IMG/VR virus record: IMGVR_UViG_3300037634_003268
Span: 1 to 37,548 of that record
Length of the DNA: 37,548 nt
Reading direction: 5' to 3' (one strand)
Source: a virus
Lineage: Duplodnaviria; Caudoviricetes
This document shows, in pieces, positions 33,958-37,548 of the stretch (its first letter is position 1; every line of letters starts with the position of its first letter). A program made the translations under genes and the position numbers. Under the pieces are notes generated by a model. That model was not told the DNA's origin. It saw nothing but the letters and a program-made list of their open reading frames with translations, and searched no databases.

Positions 33958-36777
33958 TTGGCAAATCTTCCAGGGGTAAGTTCAATATGGAAGGACACTG
34001 ACTTCTCACAACCGCGTCAGCAGTTGCAAGGAGCACCTTCAGTCCTGGTTATCGGTACGGCGGTAGATGGACCACCTAATGTTCCGATTGCTATTAGAAA
34101 CGTCGATGAAGCTAAAGCAATCTGGGGCAACTTTTCTGGTGGTACACTTATCAGAGGGATCGAAGAGGTATTCATCGGAGCAGGTTCTGCCGTTCTGGAC
34201 ATCAGAGGACTACGTCTAGATGGTGGCTCAAAGGCAACTCTTGAGATACTTGAAACAACCGGATCTACTACTGCTGCGCAGCAAACAGATGCAGATGCTT
34301 ATGCACTCTTGCTTACTGCCAGACAACCAGGAGAGATCTATAACCACGTATCTTTGGGATATAGAGATGGTCAAGTAATTGAGATCTTTAACCCTAAGAC
34401 CGGTATTACTTCGAGATTCGATTACGATCCTAACCGAAACAATGTACAAGCAGATGTACATAACGTAGCTGATTTAGTTACAGCTATTAATTCCGATCCA
34501 AACCTAAATGATATAGTAATTGCTCAGTATAGAGAACTTACTGCAGCATTTGAAATGGCAGTAAGGTACGACCCAGGTTCTTCAAGACCAAACGCATCAG
34601 GTGTATACCAAGATTCAACTGGTAGACATTCGATTACTATTGCCGATCGTGTAGCGCAATGGGATTCAGCGTATGATCCTGAAGGTGTAGGTGGATCTGC
34701 CATCTACGCTAATAACTGGCTAAATAATGCAACACCATCTGGTGGTCAAACAGCAGGTAATAATATACAGAAAGTTAATAGAGTTTACTCTATCTCTGAT
34801 ATTGGTGCAGATGAACGTTTAGCAGTTGCCGGAGGAAGTACCGCAACATTAGTAAATCAAGCAGTTAACATGAGCGATAGAAGTGGTTATACAAGTATAA
34901 CTGCTCTGAAGGATTATCCTTCAGCAACTACTGGCTCACTTGATGGAGACCTATCATATGGACCATCTGGTACGACTGCTGTAAGTGAAGTAAGACAGGT
35001 TGTAACTGGTCTATACGTTGGTACCGGAGACGGAACCACAACTACATTCTATTGGGATGCAGCACAATGTATAGATGATGGAGATCCTTGGGATGATTCC
35101 TTAGTACATAAGGCAATTGCATCAGGTGAAAACATTCTTACAACATCAACAACCGGATACACTGGTTCTGGTGATAATAGAGATCTAGTTGGACATCTTA
35201 TCGAGACTGACACAAGAGAGAAATTGTGGGATGGTGTTTCCGTTGGAAACGGCGGAGTAGCAACTGCTTCAGGTTCATTTGAAGCTTTCCTCGATACAGA
35301 TACATCTGGAGTTCCTATTTCAGGTTACACGATAGCTTGGGATGGAGCAGCAGCAACAGTAACAGAATATGGATCACCTAGAGGTAATATTTCCTTCTTG
35401 ACTGCTCCAGCTAACGGCGTGGACATCTCTGTAACTTATAAGAGTATTCCACATACAATGTCTGAGTCAACAACAAAGGCAGCCGCAACAGCAACATCTA
35501 CAGCATGGGACAAGTGGAGAAGATACTTCGTTAGTGGAAACAACATTACATTCGGTGCAACAGTACCTGCTGATGTTGAAGTTCGCTATAGAAAGATCCA
35601 AGATTTTGAACTTGGAACACAAGTTGATGTAATTGCAGATCCTGTAGGAAGAATAGGAACACCTACAAGTTCTGATACTTACTCAACAATCAGATTCCTT
35701 GACGCAGGGAACCAGCCTGGTCCTGGATCTACTTCAGGTTTGGTAGACAATCAAGATACCATAATTGGTATAAATTATGATTTCCTACCAGAGTTTCCTA
35801 ACCTGACATCCTTTAAGTCATTGGGTGGAGGAAGTAATGGAAACACTCTATCAGCAAGTGCACTATATGATCAACTATCAGATACTGCAGATGCTATAGA
35901 AAACTACGCGGTGGATTTCATTGTCCCAATGGGTGTTAACATTGATGCCAATAAGACAGTTCCAAATCCCCGTACCGGACTTGACCAAACAGTCAACGCA
36001 GGATACGGCGATCTGTTTAAGACTCTGGTCAATAATTTGACACAAAATGTTGATGAGAGTCAGATTATGCTGGGAGTGGAATCACCTTCAGCCACTGATC
36101 CGAAGACAATCAATACTTGGGTAGAAGAACTAACACTTAAGGTTCCTGGAGAATTAACTAAATCTGCTAATGTTATTGCGGACTTCGATGAGAGACTTAT
36201 ATCTCTGGTAGCGTTTGAACCAGTTATAGGTAACAAATTCGAGGGTACTACTTATTCCGCAAATGGACAAGCGATTTATACAGGACTAGTCGCAAGCTTA
36301 GACGTGACTAGAGCTTCAACTAACCAACCATTAAGAAGTACTAATCAGCTAAGATTCCCTCTGTCAAGAAGACAACTTCTAGACATGATTGATGGTAGAC
36401 TAGTTGTAGCCAAACCAAGCATCGGTAACCCTAATGAGTACGTTATTGTTAAGGGTATAACTGCTGCAGCAGTTGGTTCTAAGTACCAAAACGAATGGGC
36501 AACCAGAGTCGTAAGACTCGTCATGAATATCGTACGTGCAGCAGCAACACCTTTTATTGGTCACGCCAATACAAATGCCGCACAAATAGCTATGCAGACA
36601 GCCATTAACTCCGGCTTGAAGCAGATGATCGGTGTCGCACTTCTAGGTTATGACTTCAAAATCATAACAACTCCACAGATGCGCGCACAGGGTTTGCTCG
36701 ATATAGATCTATCCTTAGTACTAGTAGGGGAAATTTCTGAAATTCGTACAGTCGTACATATCCAAGATACAGTTTAA
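33958..36777 (+). CDS. contractile tail sheath protein with large insertion domains
   Basis: LPGV, LVIGTAVDGPPNVP, PGEIYN, LGGGSNG, C-terminal RVV...FIG..N...EISEIRTVV; TTG start after AAGGAGG. Confidence 0.9.
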   Translation: MANLPGVSSIWKDTDFSQPRQQLQGAPSVLVIGTAVDGPPNVPIAIRNVDEAKAIWGNFSGGTLIRGIEEVFIGAGSAVLDIRGLRLDGGSKATLEILETTGSTTAAQQTDADAYALLLTARQPGEIYNHVSLGYRDGQVIEIFNPKTGITSRFDYDPNRNNVQADVHNVADLVTAINSDPNLNDIVIAQYRELTAAFEMAVRYDPGSSRPNASGVYQDSTGRHSITIADRVAQWDSAYDPEGVGGSAIYANNWLNNATPSGGQTAGNNIQKVNRVYSISDIGADERLAVAGGSTATLVNQAVNMSDRSGYTSITALKDYPSATTGSLDGDLSYGPSGTTAVSEVRQVVTGLYVGTGDGTTTTFYWDAAQCIDDGDPWDDSLVHKAIASGENILTTSTTGYTGSGDNRDLVGHLIETDTREKLWDGVSVGNGGVATASGSFEAFLDTDTSGVPISGYTIAWDGAAATVTEYGSPRGNISFLTAPANGVDISVTYKSIPHTMSESTTKAAATATSTAWDKWRRYFVSGNNITFGATVPADVEVRYRKIQDFELGTQVDVIADPVGRIGTPTSSDTYSTIRFLDAGNQPGPGSTSGLVDNQDTIIGINYDFLPEFPNLTSFKSLGGGSNGNTLSASALYDQLSDTADAIENYAVDFIVPMGVNIDANKTVPNPRTGLDQTVNAGYGDLFKTLVNNLTQNVDESQIMLGVESPSATDPKTINTWVEELTLKVPGELTKSANVIADFDERLISLVAFEPVIGNKFEGTTYSANGQAIYTGLVASLDVTRASTNQPLRSTNQLRFPLSRRQLLDMIDGRLVVAKPSIGNPNEYVIVKGITAAAVGSKYQNEWATRVVRLVMNIVRAAATPFIGHANTNAAQIAMQTAINSGLKQMIGVALLGYDFKIITTPQMRAQGLLDIDLSLVLVGEISEIRTVVHIQDTV

Positions 36778-36783
36778 CTAAGT

Positions 36784-36813
36784 CTGGGGGAGGGTTCTCC
36801 TCCCCCAGCTTTT
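36784..36813 (+). terminator. stem-loop with short U run between sheath and tube
   Basis: CTGGGGGAGG / CCTCCCCCAG then CTTTT. Confidence 0.55.
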
Positions 36814-36830
36814 AAGGAAGGTGACTATCA

Positions 36831-37508
36831 ATGGCTAACGCCACAGATCTACTTGATAATACGTATACATCTACGTATACCAGTTTCGCTGGAACTGATA
36901 TACAGGCTGTATTAGATGGTCGCCCTATTGGGAACTTGATGGGTATATCATACTCTGTAACTCGTGAGAAAGCTCCTATCTATACGATGGGTTCTGTAGA
37001 TCCGAGAGGATACTCAAGAGGTAAAAGAGGTATTGCTGGATCATTAGTATTCACAATATTTGATAGATCCGCTCTAAGCAATTTAACTGATAAGGATCAA
37101 CCACGACATGCGAAGTATTTCGCTAAGTTCACTGACGTTGCGTCTCCTGGAGATTTCGCAGCATCAGGTGGTAGTGAAGTTCCAAGAAACGATGCTGCAG
37201 GAATAATAGATGCTGCAGGTGGAACAGTAGGACCTAACGGTCAACTATTCCATCGTGACTTGAGAAACGTTAACTATGTTGATCAGATGCCTCCATTCGA
37301 TATTGTACTCTCTGCGGAAAATGAACTAGGTACTCGTATGTTCATGCAGATTCTGGGAGTAGAACTATTGAATCAGGGATCAGGTGTATCGGTTGATGAT
37401 ATTGTTATTGAGAGTCAGATGACTTTCGTTTCAAGATCAATCATTGATTGGAAGCCAATCGAGAACGCAAGAGGAGCTGCTGCAGGCAGCACGCGTCCAG
37501 CCGTATAA
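36831..37508 (+). CDS. tail tube protein
   Basis: Follows sheath; YTSFAGTDI, ISYSVTREKAPIYTMG, RGKRGIAGSLVFTIFDR, DQMPPFDI. Confidence 0.8.
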   Translation: MANATDLLDNTYTSTYTSFAGTDIQAVLDGRPIGNLMGISYSVTREKAPIYTMGSVDPRGYSRGKRGIAGSLVFTIFDRSALSNLTDKDQPRHAKYFAKFTDVASPGDFAASGGSEVPRNDAAGIIDAAGGTVGPNGQLFHRDLRNVNYVDQMPPFDIVLSAENELGTRMFMQILGVELLNQGSGVSVDDIVIESQMTFVSRSIIDWKPIENARGAAAGSTRPAV

Positions 37509-37511
37509 CTA

Positions 37512-37544
37512 ATTAGGGGGCTAGTATAAGCTAGCCCCCCTAAT
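37512..37544 (+). terminator. stem-loop after tail tube
   Basis: ATTAGGGGGCTAG / CTAGCCCCCCTAAT. Confidence 0.55.
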
Positions 37545-37548
37545 CCCC

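Noticed and set aside
479-36585. All minus-strand ORFs in the track
   Set aside because: They are shadows of + strand genes or tRNAs, with no recognisable motifs
1-37548. Stop-codon reassignment
   Set aside because: Long genes are intact in code 11, all three stops end tightly packed genes, and no suppressor tRNA is present
1-37548. CRISPR array or DGR
   Set aside because: No regularly spaced repeats; the 1446/37377 repeat pair is short, its mismatches are not adenine-specific and no reverse transcriptase is present in the window

Overview
Segment of a large tailed (myovirus-type, probably jumbo-class) phage genome, with all credible genes on the + strand. 1-2.4 kb: small early-type ORFs and two tRNAs. 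2.4-8.3 kb: compact glycan-modification operon (3 glycosyltransferases, 2 sulfotransferase-like paralogs, SAM methyltransferase, DegT aminotransferase, FdtA-like cupin). 8.9-16.7 kb: dispersed tRNA array (15-16 intact or near-intact tRNAs across the whole window) invaded by three HNH endonuclease genes. 18.5-37.5 kb: morphogenesis module (large terminase, portal, prohead protease/scaffold, decoration, major capsid, neck, tail sheath, tail tube) with an HldE-like kinase inserted after the portal. The most striking signal is in the tRNA array. Each HNH gene sits at a tRNA broken at its anticodon, next to an intact tRNA of the same or probably the same anticodon. In the clearest case a tRNA(CAT) is split in its anticodon by a 689-bp insert made of an RNA leader, an HNH gene and a complete nested tRNA(CAT). 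A conserved three-way-junction/pseudoknot RNA whose loop pairs over the Shine-Dalgarno occurs three times (2015, 10038, 11094) with compensatory changes, always ahead of an HNH-type start. All product calls come from motif recognition by eye; no database searches were run.
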